Below, piece by piece: positions 51,361-63,744 of a stretch of 64,000 nucleotides of DNA. The notes under the pieces were generated by a model. The model saw only the letters and a program-made list of their open reading frames with translations, did not search any database and was not told the DNA's origin. Origin of the DNA: Mobula hypostoma. Lineage: Eukaryota. The stretch covers positions 92,940,001-93,004,000 of the forward strand of contig NC_086097.1 in the NCBI RefSeq assembly GCF_963921235.1, given 5' to 3'. The position numbers and the translations under genes are program-made. Within the stretch, counting starts at the first letter, position 1. Every line of letters starts with the position of its first letter.

Positions 51361-52150
51361 CATAAAGTCATAGAAAAGTACAGCACAGAAACAGGCCCTT
51401 CACCCATCTAGTCCATGCCAAGCCTTTGGATTTGCCAACTCACGTCGACCTGCATCAGGACCATGGACCTCCAAGGCCCTACCATCCATGTACCTATCCA
51501 AACTTCTCTTAAACGTTGAAATCAAGCTTGCTTGTACCACTTGTGCTGGCAGCTCGTTCCACCTTCTCACAACCCTCTGAGTGAAGTAGTTTCCCCTCAC
51601 GTTCCCCTTAAACTTTTCAACTTTCACTCTTATCCAATGGCTCTATTGAAGTCCCATCCAACCTCCATGGAAAAAGCCTGCTTACATTTACCCTATCTAC
51701 ACCCCCTCAGTTTTGTATACCCCTATCAAATCTCTCCCCAATCTTCTACTTTCCAAGGAATGAAATCCTAATCTATTCAATTTTTCTTTACAACTCAGGT
51801 CCCCCAGACCCAGCAACATCCATGTAAATTTTTTCTGTATTCTCAACCTTATTTACATCATTCCTGCAGGTAGGTGGCCAAAACTGCACAAAATACTCCA
51901 AATTAGGCCTCGCCAATATCTCATACAACTTCAACATAACACCCTGTACTCAATACTTCGATCTATGAGGGCCAACAGGCCAGAAGGTTTCTTTATGACC
52001 CTATCCACCTGTGATAGTTTCAATGACTTATGGACCTGTATTCCCAGATCCCTGTGCTCTACCACACTGCTCGGCTCAGTGCCCTACCGCTCCCTGTGGA
52101 AGACTGATTGGTCCTACAGAAGTGCCACCTCACACCTGTCTGCATTAACT
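51361..52150 (-). mobile_element. CR1-type 3' fragment, tail-to-tail with the previous element
   Basis: FTQRVVRRWNELP; ctatgactttatg tail. Confidence 0.9.
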
Positions 52151-53169
52151 TCTGTCAATTAAATGGATCAGTATAAGCACTGTATTTTTCTCCAACATGT
52201 TAACATATGAAGATCCAAAGGCAGCAATTTTAAGGAGCTGGGCCACAACCATGTCTTAGCATACACATTGTGTTGCTCTGTATACTTACTCCACTTGGGA
52301 TTCACAATCCTGGGGTAATGATCCAAAGAGCAAGAAGCTAAGAAAGTTGTTCATCTGAAAGTTGTTCATAGTAAATCTGAAATGCAGAACTGTATGATTA
52401 TGGGCGATAGTGAATCTATCAGACAGGTTAAGAAATGGAAATATTCTGACCATTGCTTGCCCGGATAACTTTTCGTTTCAGACTCACAGTAATGTGGCTG
52501 ACTCTTAATTGGCCAGTGAAATGACCCAGCAAACTATCAGTTCAAGGGCAAAAGGAAGGGGGTAATAAATACTGGGCTTTCTGGTGACGCAGCAATAAAA
52601 ACAATGTCTCAGTGTTTGCACACATAGCATGGCATTGAGCTGCCCTCCACCTGCATCACAGCCTGTGACAGGGAACTGCATTGTCCCTGCGTCTTGCTGC
52701 ATGGCGTAAGAGACAGAGATTTGAAACACTTTGAAACTCACAATTGTTTTATATTTACATAGTTGTTCATTATTATACAATATACTTTTCAGAGGTTCCA
52801 GGTTTGGTGAAAAGTAGTTTCAAGAATATACTTTTGAGTCCTTTTTGTTTGGTGTCTTTCACAGACATCGCATTATGCAACTGTAATTAGATATGTTCAA
52901 TCTTTGTAATATTTCACATGGATTTAATTAAGTCAGAGTCTTAGAGCAATGTTCCTACAACCAATGGACTCACTTTCAAAGACACTTCATCTCATGTTCT
53001 CAATCTTTATTGCTTATTTATTAATTATTATTATTTCTTTTTGTATTTGCAGAGTTTGTCTTCTGCACTCAGGTCAAATCCCCTGGTTGAGTGGTCTTTC
53101 ATTGATTCCATTATGGTTGTTATTCTATAGATCTATTGAGTATGCCCACAAGAAAATTAATCTAAAAAT

Positions 53170-54050
53170 GCAAACACAAGGAAATCTGCAGATGCTGGAA
53201 TTTCAAGCAACACACATAAAAGTTGCTGGTGAACGCAGCAGGCCAGGCAGCATCTCTAGGAAGAGGTACAGTCGACGTTTCGGGCCAAGACCCTTCATCA
53301 GGACTAATTGAAAGAAGAGCTAGTAAGAGATTTGAAAGTGGGAGGGGGAGTGGGAGATCTGAAATGATAGGAGAAGACAGGAGGGGGAGGGATGGAGCCA
53401 AGAGCTGGACGGGTGATTGGCAAAAGGGATATGAGAGTCATGGGACAAGAGGCCCGGGGAGAAAGAAAAGGGTGAGGGGGGAAGCTCAGAGGATGGGCAA
53501 GGAGTATAGTGAGAGGGACAGAGGGAGAAAAAGGAGAGAGAGAGAAAAATAATGTGTGTATATAAATAAATAACAGATGGGGTACGAGGGGGAGGTGGGG
53601 CATTAGCAGAAGTCTGAGAAGTCAATGTTCATGCCATCAGGTTGGAGGCTACCCAGACGGAATATAAGGTGTTGTTCCTCCAACCTGAGTGTGGCTTCAT
53701 CTTTACAGTAGAGGAGGCCATGGATAGACGTATCAGAATGGGAATGGGATGTGGAATTAAAATGTGTGGCCACTGGGAGATCCTGCTTTCTCTGACAGAC
53801 AGAGCATAGCTGTTCAGCGAAACGATCTCCCAGTCTGTGTTGGGTCTCGTCAACATATAGAAGGCCACATCGGGAGCACCGGACACAGTATATCACCCCA
53901 GCTGACTCACGGGTGAAGTGTCACCTCACCTGGAAGGACTGTCTGGGGCCCTGAATGGTGGTGAGGGAGGAAGTGTAAGGGCATGTGTAGCACTTGTTCC
54001 GCTTACAAGGATAAGTGCCAGGAGGGAGATCAGTGGAGAGGGATGGGGGA
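53170..54050 (-). mobile_element. 5'-truncated PLE inserted in a Rex/L2-type tail (host 52945-54120, plus strand)
   Basis: IYCVRCSRCGLLYVDET; complete 3' repeat; the host resumes at aatctctgggttgtatatgg. Confidence 0.92.
53269..53310 (-). ncRNA. Minimal type I hammerhead ribozyme, canonical CUGAUGA core
   Basis: Minus strand: agtc-CTGATGA-A-gggtcttggccc-GAAA-CGTC-gact. Confidence 0.85.
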
Positions 54051-54163
54051 GACAAATCTCTGGGTTGTATATGGTGACGTACATGCACTTTGATAATAAA
54101 TTTACTTTGAATTTTGAACATGAAAATAAGTCTTTGGTGCCACCGAGTCTGCTCTGACTATTA

Positions 54164-55357
54164 CACACAAGCAAGAGGAAAATCTGCAGATTTGGAAATC
54201 CAAGCAACACATGCAAAATGCTGGAGGAACTCAGCAGGCCAGGCAGCATGTATGGAAAAGAGTACATTCAATGTTTCGGACTGAGACCCTTCAGCAGGAC
54301 TGGAGAAAAATAGATGAGGAGTCGATCGAAAAGGTGGGGGGAGGGGAGAGAGAAACACCAGCTGAGAGGAGAAACTGGGAGAGGGAGGGGTGAAGTAAAG
54401 AGCTGGGAAATTGACTGGTGAAAGAGATACAGGGCTGGAGAAGGGGGAATCTAGAGAGGACAGAAGGCCATGAGAAAAGAAAAGGGGGAGGAGCACCAAA
54501 GGGAGGCGATGGGAAGGCAAGGAGATAAGGTGAGAGAGGGAAAAGGGGGTTGGGAATGGTGAGGGGGGGTCATTACTGGGTTCGGGTGCGAGAAATTGAT
54601 GTTCATGCCATCAGGTTGGAGGCTACCCAGGCAGAACATAAGGTGTTTTTCCTCCAAGCCAAGTGTGGCCTCATCACGATATTAGAGGAGGCCATGGATT
54701 GACATATCGGAATGGGAATAGGAAGTGGAATTAAAATGGGTGGCCACTGAGTGATTCTGCTTCTTCCGGTGGACGGAATGTAGGGGCTCGGCAAAGCGGT
54801 CTCCCAATCTCTGTCAGGTCTCACCGACATACAGGAGGCCACACCAGACACAGTATATGACCCCAACAGACTCACAGGTGAAGTGTCTCCTCACCTGGAA
54901 GGACTATTTGGTGCCCTGAACGGTAGTGAGGGAGGAGGTATAGGGACAGGTGTAGCACTTGTTCCACTTGCAAGTATAAGTCCCAGAAGGGAGATCAGTG
55001 GGCAGGGATGAATGGACAAGCAAGTCATGTAGAGAGCGATCCCCACAGAGAAAATAAAGTTGTGGGGGGGTGGGGAGAAGATGTGCTTGGTGATAGGATC
55101 CTGTTGCAGATGGCGGAATTTCTGGAGAATTATGTGCTGGACACGGAGGTTGGTGGGGTGGTAGAGGAGGACAAGAGGAACCCTATCCCTGGTAGGGCAG
55201 CCTGTAACATCACTGCACCCTTACAGTGATGTGATATTAAATCTACTTATCTTTTTTTTTTCCCCTCCAGTCCTGCTGAAGGGTTTTGGCCAAAATGTCG
55301 AATGTACTCTTTTTCACAGACGCAGCCTGGCCTGCTGAGTTCCTCCAGCATTTTGTG
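54164..55357. mobile_element. Second-subfamily PLE, tail-out inverted structure (minus arm 54164-55200, plus arm about 55250-55357)
   Basis: TSD tctga(c/t)tatta at 54153-54163 and 55358-55368; LGSLQPDGMNI C-terminus. Confidence 0.85.
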
Positions 55358-56999
55358 TCTGATTATTAAGCACCCATTTTTACTTTAGCCCACTTTATTT
55401 CCCCTCTAGATTCAAAGATTCAAAGTACATTTATTATCAAAGAATGTACAAAATTATATAACCTTGAGATTTGTCTGCTTACAGGCAGCCACAAAGCAAG
55501 AAACCTGAAATTACCCAATTAAAAAAAAGAAAGGCCACCCCCAATTTGCAGAGAAAGAGAAAACAAAAATCACAAATCATGCAAACAATAGAGGCAAGCA
55601 ACAACAACAGCATTCTGAAACCAAATTGAGTCCTTAGATCCAAATCCCTGGAGCAGCCCAGAGTAGGCCCACAGCCTCAGTCTCAGTTCATCATACTTGA
55701 GGCAAATAGCCGCAAAGCTCGCAAGCACAAACCACAGCAGCCCTGCAATCTTACAGCCTCAGCGCTGCGGAAAGAGGAGTGAATCACCGACCACTTTATC
55801 TATGTATTATGGGGAATTCACTGTGGCGAACCTACCCTTCAACCCGCATGTCTTCAGAGTGCGAGGAGAAGCTGGCGCATCCACAGCTCACCGAGAGAAC
55901 GTACAGACTCCTCGCAGACAGCACCCGAGGACAAGATTGACCCTGGGGTCACTAGCGCTGTGAGCCTCAGACTTTTAGCAGAGTCTGGGTGCCAGCCACG
56001 ATGTAGCAGTCTGCTCAGGTTTATGAAGAATTATAGCAATGCCTTCCTTACTATGTCTCCGCTCTCTGCCCTATTACACTCTCCTGTTCCCATGAGGAGC
56101 AAGGTCTTCACAGGAGGCTCCTATTCCTACTGACAGTGTGTCACCACTGAAGGTCTGACCACCCTACTGGCAAGATCATTATCCTAAATCTGGAACCCAT
56201 TGCCAGCCTGCCTTCTCCACTGGCCACCTGTTGTTCCCTCTGGCAGTCTATAAGCCACACTAACTGTGCATAGTAATATATACCCACTAACTCCATATGT
56301 AGTAATACATATCCACTAATTCTATAGGTAGTAATATACAGTACATATGTGATAGCTGCTGTCTTCCAAGTCTGCAGGGTCAAAGTGCTTTAGAGGTGTC
56401 ACCTTGTATCACTGTTTTGATCTTTGGTGGACACCAGTTTGATTGACCCTACTAAGGGCTGTGCTTACAGGTATGTACACTCAGCAGACTTAAAGAAAAT
56501 AGATAAACCTGTTAAGAGGAAATGGAGTCTCCACCTTTTTTGATATGTTCAGATATAACAGGTAGGGCTGCAGTTTGTATGTTCAGTGTGGATCCAAAAG
56601 GCAGTGTCTAGACATCAATACATGACCTCACTGCACAAAGCAAGACTAGACAAAGTAGTACATTTTGCTCCCATACAATAGGGTTAACACTGATCATTGA
56701 GAAAGCAGTGAGATTTTCCCCAAGTCTTATGCCAAAGAAAATAATTCAGTTTGTTTTCCATGTTGTAAGAAGCTAGCCAGGCCATTTCTATTTCCACTTG
56801 TTCTCTCTGTATGCAAGTTGCCTCTTGCAATATTTACTCAACCCAGCTATCCTACTGAACCCAATGCTGAGTTTTCCAATGTACCATTCTCTCAGCATGT
56901 AGTTGAAAAACACTTGGATCATATATATGATTAGTTTTGAACTAATAAAACAATTTAAAGTTCAAGTTTCAGACTATGATGATGAATTGATTTCTAATT

Positions 57000-57265
57000 G
57001 GCCGGCACGGTCGCGTAGTGGTTAGCATAACACCATTGCAGTGCCTGCGACCCAGGTTCAATTCTGGCCACTGGCTGTAAAGAGTTTGTACGTTCTCCCC
57101 ATGACCTCATGTGTTTCCTCTGGCTGCTCGGCTTTTCTCCCACATTCCAAAGGCGTCTGGGTTAGTAGATTAATTGGTCACATGGGTGTAATTGGGCTGC
57201 ACAGACCTGGTGGGCCAGAAGGGTCTATTACCACAGTATATCTTCAAAATTAAACTAAATTAAGT
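57000..57265 (+). mobile_element. tRNA-derived V-SINE
   Basis: gcgtagtggttagc A-box, ggttcaattct B-box, gtttgtacgttctcccc core. Confidence 0.85.
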
Positions 57266-57286
57266 AAGCATACTTTAGTTGAAATA

Positions 57287-57838
57287 CACTCAGTGCCACA
57301 TTAGGTACCTCCTGTACCTAGTAAAGTGGCCACTGAGTGTATGGCCATGGTCTTCTGCCGCTGTAGCCCATACACTTCAAGGTTCGGTGTGTGTCCGTTC
57401 AAAGATGCTCTTCTGCACGCCACTGTTTTAACACGTGATTATTTGAGTTACTGTTGCCTTCTTATCAGCTTGAACCATTCTCAGTAAACTCTGGACCAGG
57501 AGCTCCAATCCTGAGATACACAGACCCCTCGTTTAATGACAAGGCTCCAGGGCATAAAGAAGTTTGGGAACCGCTCCTCCAGAGACTGTCTTGTGTGAAA
57601 ATCCCAGGAAATCAGCAGTTTTTGAGATTCTCAAACCACCCCATCTGGCACCAACAATCATTCCATGATCAAAGTCACTTGGATCACATTTCCTCCCCAT
57701 TCTGATGTTTGATCTGAACAACTGAACCTCTTGACCATGTCCACATGCTTTTATGCATCGAGTTGCTGCCAGGCAACTGGCTGATTAGATATTTGCATTA
57801 ACAAACAGGTGTACACCAAATGAAGTGGCCTCTGAGTG
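57287..57838 (-). mobile_element. Non-autonomous Tc1/mariner element (same family as 27943-28480)
   Basis: TIRs; SDFDHGMIVGARWGGLRISKTADFLGFSH; extra internal TIR copy at about 57314-57342. Confidence 0.88.
57497..57576. mobile_element. 80-bp hAT-like MITE inside the Tc1 element
   Basis: Similar to 1402-1481; 8-bp flanks ctctggac / ctccagag at the host site (t/c)tctagag. Confidence 0.6.
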
Positions 57839-58240
57839 ACCACGACCGTGGCGTTGGGTTTGGAAGCTTGTGCACCTCAATGACCAGGAGAGCTATGTTG
57901 GTTGGAGACAGGACTTTATGCTTGGCTCTCGGTAGGGTCACCCATGCCAAACAAGTCAAAGGGTAGAGGCCAGACTAAGAGTGGTCCATCAGACCTCCAG
58001 ATTTAGGGGTTCAGCCCAGGACTAACAACCTGATTGGTAAAACAAAATTGTTACAGAAACAGCAATGAAAAATCCTTCTACATCTGCATGCGACAGTATT
58101 CCTGAGTCTCCACCCGGGACTTGCATAACTGACAGTAGTGAAACCTGAGTTACTAACATGATGAAGAAAGCCCGGGACACCGCCAGAGATGGAGGACCTT
58201 CAGTGCTGCCCTGAACACCTGCAGCATAACGGGCAGTACA
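57839..58240 (+). mobile_element. RTE/Expander-derived bipartite short element
   Basis: RTE-type 5'UTR motifs (gcttgtgcacctcaatgac...gagctatg...ggtagggtcaccca...ccagac) fused to an RTE-like 3' end; gagtg duplicated at 57834-57838 and 58241-58245. Confidence 0.7.
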
Positions 58241-59029
58241 GAGTGTACATTTACTGATTTAGTGTCTCTCTTCATTCAGAGAGACCAACAAATATATCCC
58301 AAACTGTAAGCAGTGAACACTGAAGCATGCTACATCATTCACTGTGCTGGTTATAAATTAATAGTCAACAGGAAGTGAGCCTTGCAATGGAAACTATCCA
58401 AATGCAACAAGAAGAAAAGAACTTGTTGAAGTCATGATACACCTCAATGATGAAGGTTGGGCCCAGCTGCCTACTGAGGGACTGCTCCTAAAGGAGGAAG
58501 ACTTGTTCCTCACTAAATTCAGGAGGCTTGTGTTCAAGCTTCCTCCACACTTATGGAATCATACGGCACAGAAATGGGTCCTTTCAGCTGCCCCCATTCA
58601 TGCCAACCTATCAACACTAATCCCATTTACCTTCATCAGTCCTGTATCACTTTTTATCATTTCCATCCCTGTGTAAACACTTTTAAATATTACAACTGTA
58701 ATCTGCAAATTCAATGCATAAAGTGAACCTGTCTCTTTCTAGGCTAAAAAGATAATAAAGGAATAGATTACCAAAGCACTGCGCCGTGGGTGGAGATGAG
58801 CTATAATGCGGGGGCAGATATAAGCAGTATCGGTGACTTACAGGATGCGGGGTTTGAAATCCTGATGTAAAGTGAACAGGAAACCAAGACTTTGCAAGAT
58901 CTCTATTCGTTCATCTAGTTAATTATTTGTTCATTTATTTTATTCATTCAGAATTTGTAGATAGTTCTGGCGAGACTAGAATCCAGTGCCAAGGTTCCTC
59001 AAAACTGCACAGCTGGAACAAGATCATAA

Positions 59030-59240
59030 CATTGCCACAGACGGGTGCAGAGGCCAAGTCATTGAATAAATTTAAAGTGGAGGTTGATAGGTTCTTAATT
59101 AGTAAGGGCGTCAGAAGTTTATAGGGGGACGGTAAGAGAATGGGGTTTGAGAGGATTAATAAATCACCCATGATCAAATGGCAGAACAGACTGAACAGGC
59201 TGAATGGCTTAATTCTGTTCCTTTGTCTTATTGTCTTTTG
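59030..59240 (+). mobile_element. CR1-type 3' end
   Basis: LPQTGAEAKSLNKFKVEVDRFL plus 3'UTR. Confidence 0.8.
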
Positions 59241-59519
59241 GATTCACCCAATGTGAGAACTTGATCCCCGTGACACAAAGCAATGGCAATATATCCGAAA
59301 ACCAGTGGAGGCGGAGATGTTCCCATGGCCTAGCCGTCTCGTCTGTTTGGATGACAGATTTGGCAGTGGCGTAGAAGGCTTTGCACATTGCTGTAGACTG
59401 CACATGCAGCTTCTGTTATCTAGCATGATCTAACCCTTGCTGTAGCTTCCAGTCCCTTCAGTATCAGGTACACCTCAACATGCTCTTGCTTTCTCAATGA
59501 ACAAGGATTGACTTGAAGG

Positions 59520-60775
59520 TAATAGAACATCAAACATTGTAGCACAGTACAGGTCCTTCGGCTCACGATGTTGTGCCAACCTACTCTAAGATCAGTCTAT
59601 CCCTTCGGTCCTACATAACCCTCCATTTTCTATCATCCATCTGCCTATTTTAAGAGCACCTTGAATGTCCCTAAATATCTGCCTCGACATACACACCACT
59701 CTGTGTAAAAAAAAAACTTCCCCCTAACATTCACCCTATACTTTCCTCCAATCACCTTAAAATTATGTCCCCTTGTATGAGCCATTTCAGCTCTGGGGGA
59801 AAAATGGTCTCTGTCTGTGCACTTGATCTATGCCTGTCTTCAACTTGTACACCTCTTTCAAGTTGCCTCTCATTCTCCTTCGCTCCAAAAAGAAAAGCCC
59901 AAGCTCACTCAACCTATCCTCAAAAGACATCCTCTCTCATCTAGGCTGCATCCTAGTAAATCTCCTCTGTGCCTTTTCTAAAGCTTCGACATGCTTCCTG
60001 TAATGAAGTGACCAGAACTGAACACAATATTCCAAGTGTGGTCTAACTAGGGTTTTAAAGAGCTGCAACATTATCTCACAGCTCTTGAGCTCAGTCCCCT
60101 GACAAATGAAGGCCAACACACTATACGCCTTCTTAACAACCCTATCAATCTGCGTGGCAACTTTGAGGGATTTATGGACATGGGCATCAAGATTTCTCTG
60201 TTCCTCCACATTGCTATAAACCCTGCCATTAACCCTAGATCCTACCTTCAAATTTGACCTTCCAAAGTGATTCACTTCATATCTTTCCAAGTTGAACTCC
60301 ATCTGCCACTTCTCAGCCTGGCTCTGCATCCTGTCAAAGTCCGGTTATAACTTACAGCAACCTTCTGCACTATCCACAACTCTACCAACCTGTTTCATCT
60401 ACAGACTTACTGACCCACCATTCCACTTCCTCATCCAAGTTATTTCTGCACAAAAAATTCAAAATCACCAACAGCAGTCCCAGAACAGATCCCTGGAAGA
60501 CACCAACTTTGGGCAGAACACTCTCCATCTACAACAGCCCTGTGTGTTCTCTGGGCAAACTAATTCAGTATCCACAAAGCCAAGTTTCACTAGGTTCCAT
60601 GCCTCCTGACTTCCTGAATGAGCCTACCATGGGGAATCTTATCAAAAGCCTTACTAAAATCCACATACACCACATTCATTGTTCTACCTTCATCAAAGTG
60701 CTTTGTCGCATCCTCAAACAATTCAATCAGGTTCGTGAGGCATGACCTGCCCCTCACAAAGCAATCCTGACTATC
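59520..60775 (-). mobile_element. CR1-type LINE RT and 3' fragment
   Basis: GRSCLTNLIELFE, DFSKAFDKIPH, LVRPHLEYCVQFWS. Confidence 0.92.
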
Positions 60776-61399
60776 CACAACCATACTATGATTAGATGGA
60801 GCAGGGTTGGATTATAGTGGAATGCAGACAAACAGTTGCTAATGCTGTAAGGAATCTCAGTCCACCTGCTTTAAACAGTGGTGGTAACTATGCAAATAAA
60901 ATGGGTGTTTCTATCAGCTCTTCAGTATCTAGGCGTTCTGCCAGATGCTTATGTCAGGGATTTTCAAGCTCAGCTAGGCTGAGCACACTCTTGTTGTGCT
61001 CTGCCCCAATGCCTGGGTCAAACCACTCTGATATGTCTGCTTTTATTCATATTATCTTTGTACCAGCTACAATACTCAACATCAGATTCAGCTGACCTGG
61101 ATCAGTACTAAGATTATTAATTTCCTGTATTAAAAATGCACACAAGTTTGCAGCTACAAATGATCCTACAAGTTTTTTTCCCCCCCAAAAGTGTTGCTTT
61201 CTCAGAAATATTTTTTGTTTATGATAGACTGCTTAAAGCTGAACACAAATATAATTTCAGACTAGTTGTATCGCATAGGAACTTGGAGAAACAAGAAATT
61301 AATTTTTATTGAATATACAGTAATACATTTAATTGCATAATTGTGTTGTCGCTTTGTAGTAGTTCAAATAAGCTAAAAATGTTTTGTTGACAATTTTCA

Positions 61400-61815
61400 T
61401 TTGTACTCAGTGTCTGAGGCTTCTCGCTTCAGTCTCCAACAATAATCAGCCAGCATTGATGGATTTCATGATAGCATTTCTCCATGATTGCAATGTCCTG
61501 GTGAAACCTTTCACCATGCTCATCACTGACAGTGCCAGGATTTGCAGGGAAGAAGTCTAAATGGGAATGCAGAAAAGAAATCCTTAGTGACACGTTGCCC
61601 TTCATGGTTTTGTAGGCTTGAAGCTTATTGTCAACCAGCTGCACATTGTTCGGTGCTCTGTAGTTGCCAAAAAAGTTTTAATCAACATCCTTGAATGCCT
61701 TCTATGTGATTTTCTGTGGTCCCACTCGACTTTCTTTGAATTGCCTGTCATTAATGACCTGTTCAATTTGTGGTCCAACAAAAATGACTTCCTTAATCTT
61801 GGCATCAGTTATTCT
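61400..61815 (-). pseudogene. Chapaev3-type (CMC) DNA transposase C-terminal fragment
   Basis: FLHSHLDFFPANPGTVSDEHGERFHQDIAIMEK, with upstream AKIKEVIFVGPQI in frame across stops. Family assignment is from memory of this motif. Confidence 0.75.
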
Positions 61816-61934
61816 GACTTGAATTATGAATTGAAACAGCATTTTTAGGCAATTTCAAAATGTTTTAAAAGTTTAACAGTACATCCCTTATGCCTCCCAA
61901 ATTTCATCTATTATACTTGGTTCTTCCCTCCCTA

Positions 61935-62620
61935 GGAGGAGAAGATGGCGGCGTGACGTAGCTCGCAGCGGCCACTCCGGTGAATTGATATCTGTTATCT
62001 GTCAAGTAGGGTGCCGTGCACAATCCTGATTTGATGGAGACAGACGTGAGAGCACAGAGTTACATCTGGTGAAACTTCTGAAATGCCTTCTTCGCTGCCA
62101 CTGCTACTGTGTGATCCATAATCTCTGGAGGAGAAGGCCCCGAGTCCTCGGCTTTGCTTGCTGCTCAGCGGCCGGGGCGGGGTCGAAGCGCTCGGCAGAG
62201 GATGGTGCTCAGGAGGCTGTATCAGAGGGGCTGGTCGGAGGCTCGAAGTTTTTGGACGGACTCAGAGTCTTCTGTGGTCGAGTGCTTCCAATGCATCGGC
62301 AGTTGTCGGCGCCTGGAGGTTTATGGCAGGGAGAGTTTCTCCCTTTTGCCGCCTGCTATCGGGACTATCGGGAGTCGATCGGAACGTTGAGACATTTGTT
62401 TTTACTGTGCCCATGGTCTGCTCTTTATCAAATTATGGTATTGCTTTGCACTACTGTAACTATATTTTATAATTATGTGGTCTTGTCAGTGTTAGTCTTT
62501 GGTTTATCCTGTTTTTTTTGTCATATCACTCTGGAGGAACATTGTATCATTTCTTAATGCATGCATTTCTAAATGACAATAAATGAGGACTGAATGTCCT
62601 CATAATTGAATCTAATCTAT
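61935..62620 (+). mobile_element. Young, CpG-rich non-autonomous retroelement starting AAGATGGCGGC
   Basis: High CpG content relative to the flanks; 3' end aaatgacaataaa...aatctaatct; no credible ORF. Confidence 0.65.
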
Positions 62621-63744
62621 CTGCTATATAATGCATTGGGTTAAGTGAAAAGGGATTGAGTTCCCCATTCAGTGAAGAAGAGCAGGATTGCATAGCAAGG
62701 GTAAGCAGGATTCTGTGCTTCAGTGACTGTATCACTAGGTGTGTATGAACACGGCTGCGTTCCTCACTGAATGGTCAGCAGGACTATTGTCTTCAGTCAA
62801 AAGAAGATTTTGTCTTGCTTGACCAAAGTGAGTTCTTTTCTGACTGATAGTGAGCATGAGTGAGTTCCTTGCCGCATAGGGGTGAGTTTCTCACTGAAGA
62901 GTTTTGTTCTTCATTGAATGATGATGAGGATATCAGTCCATAATCAGTAGAAATATTCCCTGCTTCTGTGTGATATGATGACAGGATACCTTAGAGTTTT
63001 ACAGAGTTACATGTATTCTTCCTCCCACTGCAGTGCCACCATGTCTGCACCCTGTGGGAGAACAAGCATGTGAATGAAAAAGTCGTAAAGGCTGCAATTA
63101 TAATGAAACTTGAAGTAGCAAACACTGGAAAAACAGTACTCAGTCGTCAGGCAGCATCTGCAGAAAAGGAAATAGTTAATGTTCCTCGATTCTTCATTAT
63201 AACTGGGAAAGGAAGAAAACAATTTGTTTTCAGTAAGGGGAAACATAGTGGGGGAATGGATAACATTAAAGTTTAGTTAGAGACTGTTAAGTATTTCTTT
63301 TGGTCAGCCCACTCATCCTCAGTCTATTTTTTTTTTATTTTCCTTTCCCAGTCTGACAAAGGGTTCAGAACAAATTTGTGATGGAGGAGTTTGACATGTT
63401 GGGTGAAACTACGACTATGTCGAGCTGATTGCTTGACTAAATGGCAGGGCAGCTCTCTAATTTAGAGACCTGTACCTGATGTTCATCAATATGCAACATC
63501 AAGTGGGGTGGGAGTGACTTCACTGTGTATGAAATTGGTGCTAAGATCAATGATGAATGGTTCATCTAGGTTTACTCTTTCTCGGGTTTAATGTAGCATT
63601 TGACATCCAACTGAATGATCTATTCAAGAGAAGTAGTAAAGCATCAACCATGATGACTGGTATAGAGTTGCATATAGACCACAGTCACTCAGGATTTCCT
63701 ACCCTGGAGGTGAACCAAATGGGAGTTAAATTAGCTGGGTAGTG

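Noticed and set aside
57000..57075. tRNA gene
   Set aside because: A and B boxes are present, but the sequence runs into a V-SINE core without a proper cloverleaf. The same applies at 40568 and 29965.
62069..62557. 162-aa ORF in the CpG-rich element
   Set aside because: Overlapping ORFs occur in several frames because of GC richness, and there are no RT, EN or gag motifs.
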